NCBI GenBank assembly: GCA_944383925.1
Contig: CALWRM010000138.1
Coordinates: 623 to 64,622 of the forward strand
Reading direction: 5' to 3'
From: an uncultured Clostridia bacterium
GTDB taxonomy: Bacteria; Bacillota; Clostridia; Christensenellales; UBA1750
Length of the DNA: 64,000 nt
Position 1 is the first letter of the stretch. Each line of letters begins with the position of its first letter. Both the position numbers and the translations under genes were made by a program. The notes under the pieces were generated by a model. That model was not told where the DNA came from and made no database searches. It saw only the letters and a list, made by a program, of their open reading frames with translations. Shown piece by piece: positions 45,567 through 54,713 of the stretch.

Positions 45567-47423
45567 GTGCAATTGGCTGCCATCTACCACCGTAGCGGCA
45601 TCGACTACCGCTATTTTCAGGACTCCGCCCTGCACCTAAAGCTGCAAAGCGCCGCCGGCGATTTGGACAAGGTCACGGTGCTCTACGACCAGAAGTATTA
45701 CTTCGGCCCCCGCAAGCCCATGGTGGAGATCCCCATGGAGAAAATCCTCAGCGACGGCATCCACGACTATTATGAGGCCGTGTTCCTGCCGATGGACCCC
45801 CGGCTCTACTACCTCTTCCGCCTGGAGAAGGGCAGCGAGGTGAAGTACCTGTATGCTTCCGGCTTCTACGACGAGATGCGCGAGAACCTGGACGAGTGCT
45901 TCATCTTCGCCAGCATCCTCGGCTGCGAGGAGCACGTGGTGCCCGACTGGGCGAGGGGCTGCGTCTGCTACCAGATCTTCGTGGACCGCTTTCACCGCGT
46001 CGGCGAGCTGACGGAAGGGCTGTCCCCCTGGGGCACCAAGCCGGACCGGGGCGTTATGTGCGGAGGCAACCTCAAGGGCATTCTGGAAAAGATCGACTAC
46101 ATCCACGACCTGGGCGTGGACCTCATCTACCTGACGCCCATCTTCCTCTCCGGCTCCAACCACCGCTATGACACGCTGGACTACTTTAAGATCGATCCCC
46201 TGGTTGGCGACGAGGAGGACCTCAAGGCCCTGTGCGACGCGGCCCATGCAAGGGGCATGCACCTGGTGCTGGACGGCGTGTTCAACCACTGTTCCATCCG
46301 CTTCTTCGCCTTCCAGGATCTGCTGGAAAAGGGCGAGAACAGCCGTTACAAGGATTGGTTCTTCCCCAAGTCCTTCCCGGTGGACCCCCAGGAGAAGAAC
46401 TTCGACTCCTTCTCCCACGGCGCGGGCATGCCCAAGCTGAACATGGAAAACCCCGAGGCGCGCGAGTACTTCTGCAAGGTCGGCGCCTATTGGGTGGAAA
46501 AATGCGGCACGGACGGCTGGCGCTTGGACGTGGCCAACGAGATCGACCATGGCTTCCTGCGCCTGTTCCGCCAGGCCGTGTTGGAGAAAAACCCCCAGGC
46601 CATCATCGTGGGCGAGTCCTGGACGGATTCCTTCCAGTGGATGCAGGGCGATATGTTCGACGGCGTGATGCATTATCCGCCCACCTTTGCCCTGCGCGAC
46701 TTCTTCCAGGAGAAGCCCAACATCAACCTCGAGCAGCTCAACGGCCGCCTGGTGCGGGGCACCCTGCTCTATTCCAACGCAGCCACCGAGGCCAGCTGGG
46801 TCATGCTGGACAGCCATGACACCTCCCGCCTGCGCACCCTGGCCGGCTCCATCGAGGCCTTCCAGGCCGCCGCCTTCCTGCAGGTGCTCATGCCCGGCTC
46901 GCCCCTCATCTATTACGGCGATGAGATCGGCCTGGAGGGCGGAGACGACCCCGACTGCCGCCGCTGCATGCCCTGGGACCAGGTGGAGGGGAATAAGACC
47001 CGCGATTACTACAAGAAGCTGGTGGCCCTCAAGCATCTGCCCGCCTTCCAGCGCGGCAAGCTTCGCGTGGACAGCCTGGATGGAGGCGTCTATGTCTACC
47101 GCATGTGCCATCCCGCCGGGGACGGCCTGTGCATGCTCAACCTCTCCGGCGAGAGGAAGGACTTTGCCGCCGATACCCTGCGGCGCATGGGCTTTGCGGC
47201 CGAGCAGGAGCGCCTGCTGGGTCTGGAGCCTGGCAAGCCCTTCTCCCTGGAGCCCTACCAGGGCGCGGTCTTTACCGAGGCGCAAAAGCCGTGGCAGGCC
47301 CCGAAGCGGCTGTACGCCCGCCAATTCCGCCAGAACTTCCCGCCCGAGCTGAAGGAAATGCTCAAGAAGTTCATGGAGCGCTACCGCCAGCAGATGGAGG
47401 CGCAGCAAAAGGCCAAGGCCTAG
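45567..47423 (+). CDS. GH13 alpha-amylase family enzyme (neopullulanase/cyclomaltodextrinase-like)
   Basis: An N-terminal Ig-like domain is followed by DGVFNH, GWRLDVANE, IVGESW and LDSHD blocks. There is no signal peptide. It has a Lys/Gln-rich C-terminal tail. GTG start. Confidence 0.9.
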   Translation: MQLAAIYHRSGIDYRYFQDSALHLKLQSAAGDLDKVTVLYDQKYYFGPRKPMVEIPMEKILSDGIHDYYEAVFLPMDPRLYYLFRLEKGSEVKYLYASGFYDEMRENLDECFIFASILGCEEHVVPDWARGCVCYQIFVDRFHRVGELTEGLSPWGTKPDRGVMCGGNLKGILEKIDYIHDLGVDLIYLTPIFLSGSNHRYDTLDYFKIDPLVGDEEDLKALCDAAHARGMHLVLDGVFNHCSIRFFAFQDLLEKGENSRYKDWFFPKSFPVDPQEKNFDSFSHGAGMPKLNMENPEAREYFCKVGAYWVEKCGTDGWRLDVANEIDHGFLRLFRQAVLEKNPQAIIVGESWTDSFQWMQGDMFDGVMHYPPTFALRDFFQEKPNINLEQLNGRLVRGTLLYSNAATEASWVMLDSHDTSRLRTLAGSIEAFQAAAFLQVLMPGSPLIYYGDEIGLEGGDDPDCRRCMPWDQVEGNKTRDYYKKLVALKHLPAFQRGKLRVDSLDGGVYVYRMCHPAGDGLCMLNLSGERKDFAADTLRRMGFAAEQERLLGLEPGKPFSLEPYQGAVFTEAQKPWQAPKRLYARQFRQNFPPELKEMLKKFMERYRQQMEAQQKAKA

Positions 47424-47457
47424 ACGGGAACGCTGCCCGGAAGGGAGAAAACGATCG

Positions 47458-48216
47458 ATGCCCTATGCAAGCGTAAGGGACCTGGAAATGTATTATGAGG
47501 AATTCGGCAGGGGCCAGGCGCTGCTGTTCCTGCACAGCCACTACAGCCGCGGCCTGCTGGCCTTTTCCGGCCAGATCCTGCCGTTTTCCAAGCGGTATCG
47601 CTGCCTGTTTCCGGATTTCCGCGGCCATGGACGCACCAGGTGCGAGGACCTTCGCTGGAGCAGCCGGAGAATTGCCGACGACATGCCCCTCTTATTGGAC
47701 GCCCTCGGCATTGCGCAGGCGCACGTGGTCGGCTATAGCTGCGGCGCCTATGTGGGCTGTTATCTGGCGAGCAAGTACCCGGACCGGGTGAAGAGCCTGG
47801 TCACCATCGGCGGCGCGGCCTACCCGCACAGCGAGGGCTGCGAGGACTACCTGCCGGAGGCGCTCCTGCGCCACAACGACCTGGACTTCATCGAGACCGC
47901 CCGCACGAGGCACCTGGACGCCCATAGAGGCGATTGGCAAACCTATCTGACCATGACGGTCGAGGATTGGAAGAACCATCCCAACCTGAGCGAGGAGGAG
48001 TGGAAGGCCATCGCCTGCCCCGTCTTGTGCGTCAATGGCGAACACGACCCCTATGGAAGCTGCCAGGAGCTGCGGCAAAGGCTGCCGGAGGCCAGCGTCT
48101 ACCAGGTCAAGGGCGGCGGCCACAGGCCCCATTTCGTCGGCGAGCAAATCGACGAGGTCAACGCGCGGATCCTTGACTTTCTCGCCGATGTGGACCGAAG
48201 AAGCAGCAAAGTTTAA
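47458..48216 (+). CDS. Alpha/beta-fold hydrolase
   Basis: LFLHS..HGRT and a GYSCG nucleophile elbow, with a C-terminal His (GGHRPH). Confidence 0.85.
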   Translation: MPYASVRDLEMYYEEFGRGQALLFLHSHYSRGLLAFSGQILPFSKRYRCLFPDFRGHGRTRCEDLRWSSRRIADDMPLLLDALGIAQAHVVGYSCGAYVGCYLASKYPDRVKSLVTIGGAAYPHSEGCEDYLPEALLRHNDLDFIETARTRHLDAHRGDWQTYLTMTVEDWKNHPNLSEEEWKAIACPVLCVNGEHDPYGSCQELRQRLPEASVYQVKGGGHRPHFVGEQIDEVNARILDFLADVDRRSSKV

Positions 48217-48229
48217 CGCGCGCTTCCCC

Positions 48230-48258
48230 TTGACAGAAGCAAGGCTGCTTGGTATACT
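48230..48258 (+). promoter_or_regulatory. Sigma-A promoter of infC-rpmI-rplT
   Basis: TTGACA, 17 nt, TGgTATACT (extended -10). Confidence 0.65.
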
Positions 48259-48264
48259 TAATTG

Positions 48265-48434
48265 CGTATGAGCGGTTCAACAAGGATCGCCAAAGCAGAA
48301 GCAGCCCGCTTCTCACCCTGCGGCCAAGGAGCTTAGCAGCGGTCTTCAACCAAGGCGCTTTTTGCGCGCACGCCCGGAAGGGGTTTTGCGCGTTGAAGGA
48401 GGCGGGCAGCGATGCCCGCCTCCTTCCCTATTTT
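48265..48434 (+). promoter_or_regulatory. L20-leader-like attenuator
   Basis: The leader is about 210 nt and ends in a strong terminator, gaaggaggcgggc-agcgat-gcccgcctccttc plus cctatttt (48395-48434), just before the infC RBS. Firmicute infC operons are attenuated by L20 binding to such leaders. Confidence 0.6.
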
Positions 48435-48474
48435 AGGAAGGAACGAAGTAGCAAGCATGTGGAGGTGCAGCGCA

Positions 48475-48990
48475 ATCGGTATGAACATGATGATCAATGA
48501 GGAGATCCGCGACCACGAGGTCCGGCTGATCGGTCCGGACGGAGAGCAGCTGGGCGTGATGCCCACGAGGCAGGCGATGGACATAGCGGAGGAGAAGGAG
48601 CTGGATCTTGTGAAGATCGCGCCCACTGCCAAGCCGCCTGTGTGCAAGCTGATGGACTACGGCAAGTTCCGCTACGAGCAATCCAAGCGGGACAAGGAGG
48701 CGCGGAAGAATCAAAAGGTCATTACCGTGAAGGAAGTGCGCCTTTCCCCCACCATCGAAGAGCACGACACCCAGGTTCGCGTGCGGGACTGCATCAAGTT
48801 TTTGCAGGACGGCAACAAGATCAAGGTGTCCATCCGCTTTAGGGGCCGCATGGTCACCCATTCGGATATCGGTTTGCAGGTGATGAACTCGTTCTTTGAC
48901 CAGGTGAAGGACTATGCCGTGATGGATCGCGCCCCCGCCACCGAGGGCCGGACCATGACCATGATGCTCTCGCCCAAGAAGGACAAGTAA
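48475..48990 (+). CDS. infC: Translation initiation factor IF-3
   Basis: [22 protein letters not shown]...; full IF-3 N- and C-domains. The best-spaced start after GGAGGTG is the ATC at 48475 (7 nt). The first in-frame ATG, at 48481, is the alternative. Confidence 0.9.
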   Translation: MGMNMMINEEIRDHEVRLIGPDGEQLGVMPTRQAMDIAEEKELDLVKIAPTAKPPVCKLMDYGKFRYEQSKRDKEARKNQKVITVKEVRLSPTIEEHDTQVRVRDCIKFLQDGNKIKVSIRFRGRMVTHSDIGLQVMNSFFDQVKDYAVMDRAPATEGRTMTMMLSPKKDK

Positions 48991-49031
48991 TCATACATCA
49001 ATTTTACTCCAAGAGAGGAGGAGAGAAGCAT

Positions 49032-49229
49032 ATGCCCAAGCAGAAAACGCACCGCGCCGCGGCAAAGCGCTTTTCCCTGACCGGCACCGGCAAGATCAAG
49101 CGCGCAAAGGCGTATAAGAGCCATATCCTCAACAAGAAGTCTACCAAGCGTAAGCGCAACCTGCGCAAGCCCGGCCTTGTGTCCGAGTGCGAAAGCCGCA
49201 CGGTGAAGAAGTTGATTCCCTACAAGTAA
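49032..49229 (+). CDS. rpmI: 50S ribosomal protein L35
   Basis: [24 protein letters not shown]. Confidence 0.96.
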   Translation: MPKQKTHRAAAKRFSLTGTGKIKRAKAYKSHILNKKSTKRKRNLRKPGLVSECESRTVKKLIPYK

Positions 49230-49268
49230 TAGCCTTGTGGCAGGAGATTTAAGGAGGCATAACCCAAG

Positions 49269-49625
49269 ATGGCCAGAATCAAAATGTCGGTCAACGCCAA
49301 AAAGCGCCGCAACAAGGTTTTTAAGCTTGCTAAGGGGTACTTTGGCGCCAAGTCCAAGCAGTTCCGCGCCGCGAACGAGCAGGTTGCCCGTTCCCTGCGC
49401 TATGCATACATCGGCCGCCGGCTGCGCAAGCGCGACTTCCGCAAGCTGTGGATTGCGCGCATCAACGCCGCGGTGCGTCCCTACGGCCTGAGCTACAGCC
49501 GCTTCATCAACGGCCTGAAGCTGGCGGACGTGAACGTCAACCGCAAGATCCTCGCGGATTTGGCCGTGAACGATCCCGCCGCCTTCGGCAAGATCGTGGA
49601 GCTCGCCAAGTCCAAGCTCGCCTAA
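49269..49625 (+). CDS. rplT: 50S ribosomal protein L20
   Basis: [26 protein letters not shown]. Confidence 0.97.
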   Translation: MARIKMSVNAKKRRNKVFKLAKGYFGAKSKQFRAANEQVARSLRYAYIGRRLRKRDFRKLWIARINAAVRPYGLSYSRFINGLKLADVNVNRKILADLAVNDPAAFGKIVELAKSKLA

Positions 49626-49730
49626 AAACGCTTGCCTTGCACGAGGCGGGCATGGTTCCCATGCAAAAAAAGGCGCGCCCCCTTTGAAGGCGCCGCCTTT
49701 TTTCATGTGGAGAAAGAGGAAGGGGAAGCC

Positions 49731-50507
49731 ATGCAGTATTTGGAAAGCACGCACAACGAGCGGGCCCAGCAGATGCGGGCGCTGCGCCTGGGCAAGGCCC
49801 GCCGGGAGACCGGCCTCTTTCTGGTGGAGGGCGTAAAGCTTTGCGGCGAAGCCCTGGCCTGCGGCCTTGCCATCGACTGCCTGTTTGTGGAAAAGGGGCA
49901 GGAGGACAGCCCCCAGGTCCAGGCGCTGGCCCGGGCCGCGGGGCAAAGCTACCTGGTGCATAGACGGGTGCTGGAGAGCGTGTGCGAGACCAAGACCCCC
50001 CAGCCCCTGGTGCTCAGCGCGAAAATCCCGGAGGAGAAGCCCCTGCTCTACCCCCAGGTGGCCTTGGACGGGGTGCAGGATCCCGGCAACCTCGGAGCCA
50101 TCCTGCGCACCTGCGACGCGGCCGGCTTTTCCGCAGCCCTCGGCGAAGGCTGCGCGGATCCCTTTTCCCCCAAGGCGGTGCGCGCGGCCATGGGCTCCAT
50201 GTTCCGCGTGCCCTTTGGCAAGCGGCCGGACCTGGCCGCCTACCTGCGCGCCCAGCGGGAAAGGGGCGTGGAGGTGCTGGTCTCGGCCCTGGACGGCGAA
50301 AACTTTTTCGAGCGCGGCCCCCTGCCCACGGAGACCATCCTGGTCATCGGCAGCGAGGGAAGGGGTGTTTCCCAGGCCGTTCGCCAAACCGCCAGCCACG
50401 TTTACCGCCTGCCCATGCGCGGCGGCGCGGAATCGCTCAACGCCTCCGTGGCCGCCGGCGTGCTCATTTATGAGTTGTACCGCGGACTGATTATGAACGA
50501 AGTCTGA
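49731..50507 (+). CDS. TrmH/SpoU-family RNA 2'-O-methyltransferase
   Basis: DGVQDPGNLGAILRT, VIGSEGRGVS and ESLNASVAAGVLIYE. The ATG is at 49731. Confidence 0.88.
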   Translation: MQYLESTHNERAQQMRALRLGKARRETGLFLVEGVKLCGEALACGLAIDCLFVEKGQEDSPQVQALARAAGQSYLVHRRVLESVCETKTPQPLVLSAKIPEEKPLLYPQVALDGVQDPGNLGAILRTCDAAGFSAALGEGCADPFSPKAVRAAMGSMFRVPFGKRPDLAAYLRAQRERGVEVLVSALDGENFFERGPLPTETILVIGSEGRGVSQAVRQTASHVYRLPMRGGAESLNASVAAGVLIYELYRGLIMNEV

Positions 50508-50598
50508 ACTTTCTTCCGGTTATTTGACGAGTGGGCGTTCGGCATGCTATCATGAATGGGCATAGGATTCTATTGCTTGATGGAGGCGTTTTGAACAG

Positions 50599-50940
50599 AT
50601 GAAACGATCACTTGCGTTGGCCTTGGTGTTGGCCCTGTTGTGCTTTGCGCTGGCGGGTTGCGATCCTTGCGCCTTGCTCTATGGCACTTGGTCCACCGAC
50701 GACGATAGCCTGCAATATGCCTTTGGTACCGATGGGAAGGGCTATGCAACCTACATGCAGTTCCCCATTGAGTTCACCTACACCTACGTGGACGGCGTGC
50801 TGACCATCTCCTACTCCGAGGAGATCCAGGAGGTTGGCAAGGTTACCTTTTTCGGCGATTATGAGTTCACCCTGGAAACGGAGGACGAGGACGGCAACCT
50901 GACGCAAGAGACCTATTACAAGCAGGTGTCCGACTCCTAA
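50599..50940 (+). CDS. Small lipoprotein, function unknown
   Basis: Signal peptide with the lipobox LAGC (MKRSLALALVLALLCFALAGC). Confidence 0.7.
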   Translation: MKRSLALALVLALLCFALAGCDPCALLYGTWSTDDDSLQYAFGTDGKGYATYMQFPIEFTYTYVDGVLTISYSEEIQEVGKVTFFGDYEFTLETEDEDGNLTQETYYKQVSDS

Positions 50941-50966
50941 GACCCCCAAGCGGCGCCAAGAAAACG

Positions 50967-51023
50967 AAAAGGCGCGCCCCCCGGCAAAACGGCCAATGGC
51001 CGCAGCCGGCGGGCGCGCCTTTT
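50967..51023. terminator. Bidirectional terminator between the lipoprotein and oxidoreductase genes
   Basis: aaaaggcgcgccc ... gggcgcgcctttt, with internal pairing in the loop. Confidence 0.7.
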
Positions 51024-51043
51024 GCGTGGAAGTAGGCGGGGCT

Positions 51044-52075
51044 TTATTGCGCGGCGGGGTTCACGCGGCTGGAGCCGGTGTCGGCGGAGCGCTGCTCGGC
51101 AGAGGCGATGCGGATGGTGTCCATGGTGCTCTCCGGCGTGCAGCGGTCGGGGGACAGGCCCTTTTCCAGGCAGTTGAGGAAGTAGCGGATCTCCCGATAG
51201 TAGCCGTCGTCCGCGGGCAGGTCGGGCACGAAGGCCGGCGCGCCCACGGGATAGACGGTCAGCCCCTGGCGGCTGAGAACCAGGCAACCCCTCTCGAAGT
51301 TAACGCGGAAGATCATCTCAAAGCCAAAATCGCCGTTGATGGTCCAATCGTCCTGGGCGTTGACCACCTTGCCGTCCGGGTAGAAGTATTGGGTGGAGAC
51401 CGCGTCGTACCCGCTGCCGGGGATCACGTTCTTGGCCAGACAGCAGACGCTGTCGGGCATGCCGAACAGCCAGTTGATGGTATCCACGTCGTGCACGTGC
51501 TGGTCCAGCAGCACGCCGCCGGAAAGCTCCTTCTTCTGCAGCCAATTGTTGAAGGACCACATGGGCGTGGAGCCGCCCCGGAAGAAGTAGGCGGAGGTCA
51601 CCTCGCCGTAGGTCTTTTCGTCCACATAAGCCTTCAAGGTCTCGTAGGCGGGCCAGAAGCGCAGGCATTGGGCGATCATCAGCGTCTTGCCGGAACGGTC
51701 GCGCGCGGCGATCATCTCCTTGCACTGCTCCACGGTCAGCGCCATGGGCTTTTCGCACAGCACGTGGAGCCCATGGTCCAGGGCGTAGATGGCGGCCTTG
51801 GCATGTTCGTAGGTGGGCAAGGGGGTGTCCACGTAGTCCAAATCCAGCTCGGAGATCATCTGCTTGTAATCCGTATACAGCTTTACATCCCCAAGTTCCA
51901 AGCCCTCGCCGCCGGTCTCGATGTTGATGGCGATGTCGTTTTTGCGAAACTTGGCCTCGTCGATGTCGCACACGGCCACCAGCTGGACGGGATAGCCCTC
52001 CGCCATCAGGCGTTGGTAATTGGCGAGATGGCCGCGGCCCATGCCGCCCAAACCGATCAAAGCAACCTTCAGCAT
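51044..52075 (-). CDS. Gfo/Idh/MocA-family NAD(P)-dependent oxidoreductase
   Basis: MLKVALIGLGGMGRGH Rossmann N-terminus and EKPMA motif. Confidence 0.88.
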   Translation of the reverse strand: MLKVALIGLGGMGRGHLANYQRLMAEGYPVQLVAVCDIDEAKFRKNDIAINIETGGEGLELGDVKLYTDYKQMISELDLDYVDTPLPTYEHAKAAIYALDHGLHVLCEKPMALTVEQCKEMIAARDRSGKTLMIAQCLRFWPAYETLKAYVDEKTYGEVTSAYFFRGGSTPMWSFNNWLQKKELSGGVLLDQHVHDVDTINWLFGMPDSVCCLAKNVIPGSGYDAVSTQYFYPDGKVVNAQDDWTINGDFGFEMIFRVNFERGCLVLSRQGLTVYPVGAPAFVPDLPADDGYYREIRYFLNCLEKGLSPDRCTPESTMDTIRIASAEQRSADTGSSRVNPAAQ

Positions 52076-52106
52076 GTCTGTTTTCCTCCGTACACTTTCT
52101 CTTTCG

Positions 52107-52943
52107 TTACATCGATAGGATCATGGAAAGGGCCGCGCTGGTTTGCTGCGCCAGCCCCAAAGGCGCGTGTCTATAGGCGCCCATCTCCGCGGTCAGAGGA
52201 CCGTCGTAGCCGGTTTCCCGCAAGGCCTGCATCACCGCGGGGAAGTTGACGTCCCCCGCGAGCAGATCGCAGAAGCCGTCCAGATTGCCGATGGCGCGCT
52301 TGAAGTCCTTGACGTGCACGCGGCTGATGCGCCGGCCCAGGATGCGGATCCATTGCTCGGCAAAGCCGAAGAGGATCACGTTGCCCACGTCGAAGTAGGC
52401 CTTGATGTAGGGGGAGTTCAGTTCGTCCAGAAACCTGGCCATCTCCAAGGGGGAGAGCAGGAAGTTGTTCCAGACGTTTTCCACGCCGATGCGCACGCCC
52501 AAGGCGCGGGCATGGGGCTCGATCTTTTGAAGCAGGGCTTGGGAGCGCTCGTAGGCCTGGTCGTAGGAGGTGTTCTCCCCCTCTCCCCAGAAGCCGGAAC
52601 CCACCGTGCCGGGAACCACCAGCACGTCCTCCACGCCCAGCTCCGCGGCGGCGTCCAGGTGCGCCTTGAGCACGTCCAAGGCCTTGGCCCGGCCTTCCTG
52701 GGAGGCGGCGGTCAGCGGGTACTTCCAATACAGGCCGCTGGCCAGGGAGGTTAGGGCGATGCCCTCGTCCCGGGCGGCCTGGGCCAGGGCCTTGCAGCAG
52801 GGGGCGTAGCCCTGTAGGGACAGGGGGCCTTCCTCATAAAAGGCGGGTTCAAACCCCTGATAGCCCAGACGCGCGGCCTCGCGCAGGCAGGCCAGCGCGT
52901 CCATGGCGGCGGGGAAGGACCACTGGTTGATGGCTTTGTACAT
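52107..52943 (-). CDS. Sugar phosphate isomerase/epimerase (xylose-isomerase-like TIM barrel)
   Basis: The ATG at 52943 (MYKAINQWSF) follows AAAGGAGG. The layout is that of a typical AP-endonuclease-2/TIM fold. The upstream extension in the track was rejected. Confidence 0.85.
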   Translation of the reverse strand: MYKAINQWSFPAAMDALACLREAARLGYQGFEPAFYEEGPLSLQGYAPCCKALAQAARDEGIALTSLASGLYWKYPLTAASQEGRAKALDVLKAHLDAAAELGVEDVLVVPGTVGSGFWGEGENTSYDQAYERSQALLQKIEPHARALGVRIGVENVWNNFLLSPLEMARFLDELNSPYIKAYFDVGNVILFGFAEQWIRILGRRISRVHVKDFKRAIGNLDGFCDLLAGDVNFPAVMQALRETGYDGPLTAEMGAYRHAPLGLAQQTSAALSMILSM

Positions 52944-52999
52944 GGCAACCTCCTTTGTTCGTTTTGAGGCATCGCCGCCCCAAGAGGGAAGGAAGGGGC

Positions 53000-53725
53000 T
53001 CAAGGCTCTTCCTGAAAGACCTCGGAGAAAAAGCCCATGGAGGACGGGGGCTCGTCGAAGGCGTACAGATGGGAGGTATCCCCCAGGGACTGCACGCGGA
53101 AGCAGCAAAGATCCCTCTGCCGCTGCTGGCTGCACACCGTGGTGACCGAGCTTGGCAAGACGCAGAAGTTCTGCCACAGCACGGGCGCGGCCACGCCTGT
53201 GAGATGGGAGAGGAGAACGAACTGCACGCCCAGGTGGCAGAAGAAGAGCAAGGTGTCCGTGTTGGGCCGCAGGGGGCGATACAACGGGCCGGAGCGAAGG
53301 TAGCCGTGGCGCTCCAACAGGGCGTCGAAGCCCTCGACCACGCGCCGCTGGGCGGAGGCGACATCGTCCAGCCCCTGCAGCAGGGGATCCATCGCCCAGG
53401 CGTCCTTGTCGTACATCTGGGGGTGGCTGGTCCACACATCGTCCGGCAGGTCCCAGGGAATGCCGGGCTTGCCCCGATCCGGGCGAGGAATGCGGCAGGG
53501 AAACTCCTCCAGCCAGGGCAGCTGTTCCGCGCTGCGGCCCAGCTTTTGCAGGGTGAAGCTGGCGGTATCCTTGGCGCGCCCCATGGGGGAACAGTAGATG
53601 GCGGCCGGGTTTAGCCGGCCGAGCCGGCGGGACAGCAGCTCCGCCTCCTTCCAACCCTTTTCGGTCAGGGAGTCGATGGAATAGTCCGGCTCCGCATGGC
53701 GGATGAACAGCAGGCGCATGGGCAA
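53000..53725 (-). CDS. Histidine phosphatase family protein
   Basis: LLFIRHAEPD (RHG-type motif), with a C-terminal His block. Confidence 0.85.
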   Translation of the reverse strand: MPMRLLFIRHAEPDYSIDSLTEKGWKEAELLSRRLGRLNPAAIYCSPMGRAKDTASFTLQKLGRSAEQLPWLEEFPCRIPRPDRGKPGIPWDLPDDVWTSHPQMYDKDAWAMDPLLQGLDDVASAQRRVVEGFDALLERHGYLRSGPLYRPLRPNTDTLLFFCHLGVQFVLLSHLTGVAAPVLWQNFCVLPSSVTTVCSQQRQRDLCCFRVQSLGDTSHLYAFDEPPSSMGFFSEVFQEEP

Positions 53726-53729
53726 GACC

Positions 53730-54713
53730 TCAGCTTTCTTTCATCAGGTGGAGGGCGCGTTCCCGAAAAGGTGCGAAGGCGGAGGCCATGGGCAGGGCGC
53801 GCAGGCCTTCCGCATCCACGAAGACGCCCTCCAAGGGCTCCCGAGGGGGCAGCGCCAGGACGAGCTGCATGTTCCAGACCCGATGGGTGAACACGTGCCG
53901 GTGGGCGCAGAGCGGGTCGCCGGCGGCCTGCAGGTCCACATGGTGGGGGAATTCCCACAGGCCGGCCAGCATGCCCGAGGGGGGCCGCTTGCGCACCAGC
54001 ACGCGCCCGGCCTGGAACAGCAGGAAGACGGGGAAGCTCTCCTCCTGCCGGATGGGCTTGGGCAGGCGCTTGGGATAGGCGTCCTGCAAGGCCTGCTCGA
54101 AGGCGAGGCACCAGGGCGTCCAGGGACAACGCGAGCAGCGGGGAGAGAGGGGAGTGCACACCAAGGCGCCCAGGTCCATCAGGGCCTGGTTGAAGTCGCC
54201 GGGCTTGCAGGAGGCCGGCATGGTGCGCAGTACCCAGGCCTCGGCGGCCTTGGCGGCGAGGGGAGAGGGGAGGGGGCTGTCGTCCAGGCGCATGCGCGCG
54301 TGGATGCGCAGCACGTTGCCGTCCACGGCGGCCGCCCGCCGCTGGAAGGCGATGGAGGCGACCGCGCCGGCCGTGTAGGGCCCAAAGCCCCGCAGCCGTC
54401 GCAGGCCCTCCACGGTGTCTGGAAAGCGGCCAAGCTCCACGATCTGCCGGGCGGCCCGCTGGAGGTTCGCCGCCCGGCTGTAGTAGCCAAGACCCTCCCA
54501 GAGCTTGTTGAGGGTTTCCTCCGGCGCCTCGGCCAGGGCCTCCACGCTGGGCAAGGCCCGCAAAAAGGCCTCGTAGCGGGGCAGCACGGCCTCCACCCGG
54601 GTTTGCTGCAGCATGACCTCGCTGACCCAAACCCGATAGGGATCCCCATCCTTGCGCCAGGGCAGGGGCCTGGCGTTTTGCCCGTACCATTGCAGCAGCG
54701 CTATGCCCGGCAT
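53730..54713 (-). CDS. mutY: A/G-specific adenine DNA glycosylase
   Basis: WYGQNARPLPWR..PYRVWVSEVMLQQT, the 4Fe-4S loop CTPLSPRCSRCPWTPWC, and a NUDIX-like C-terminus. The ATG at 54713 overlaps the end of ispDF. Confidence 0.92.
   Translation of the reverse strand: MPGIALLQWYGQNARPLPWRKDGDPYRVWVSEVMLQQTRVEAVLPRYEAFLRALPSVEALAEAPEETLNKLWEGLGYYSRAANLQRAARQIVELGRFPDTVEGLRRLRGFGPYTAGAVASIAFQRRAAAVDGNVLRIHARMRLDDSPLPSPLAAKAAEAWVLRTMPASCKPGDFNQALMDLGALVCTPLSPRCSRCPWTPWCLAFEQALQDAYPKRLPKPIRQEESFPVFLLFQAGRVLVRKRPPSGMLAGLWEFPHHVDLQAAGDPLCAHRHVFTHRVWNMQLVLALPPREPLEGVFVDAEGLRALPMASAFAPFRERALHLMKES

Noticed and set aside
45636-47408. A 590-aa minus-strand ORF.
   Set aside because: It is antisense to the GH13 enzyme gene. 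It is an artefact.
52944-53654. The upstream 237-aa extension of the TIM-barrel isomerase ORF.
   Set aside because: It overlaps the histidine phosphatase gene in another frame. The AAAGGAGG RBS supports the ATG at 52943.
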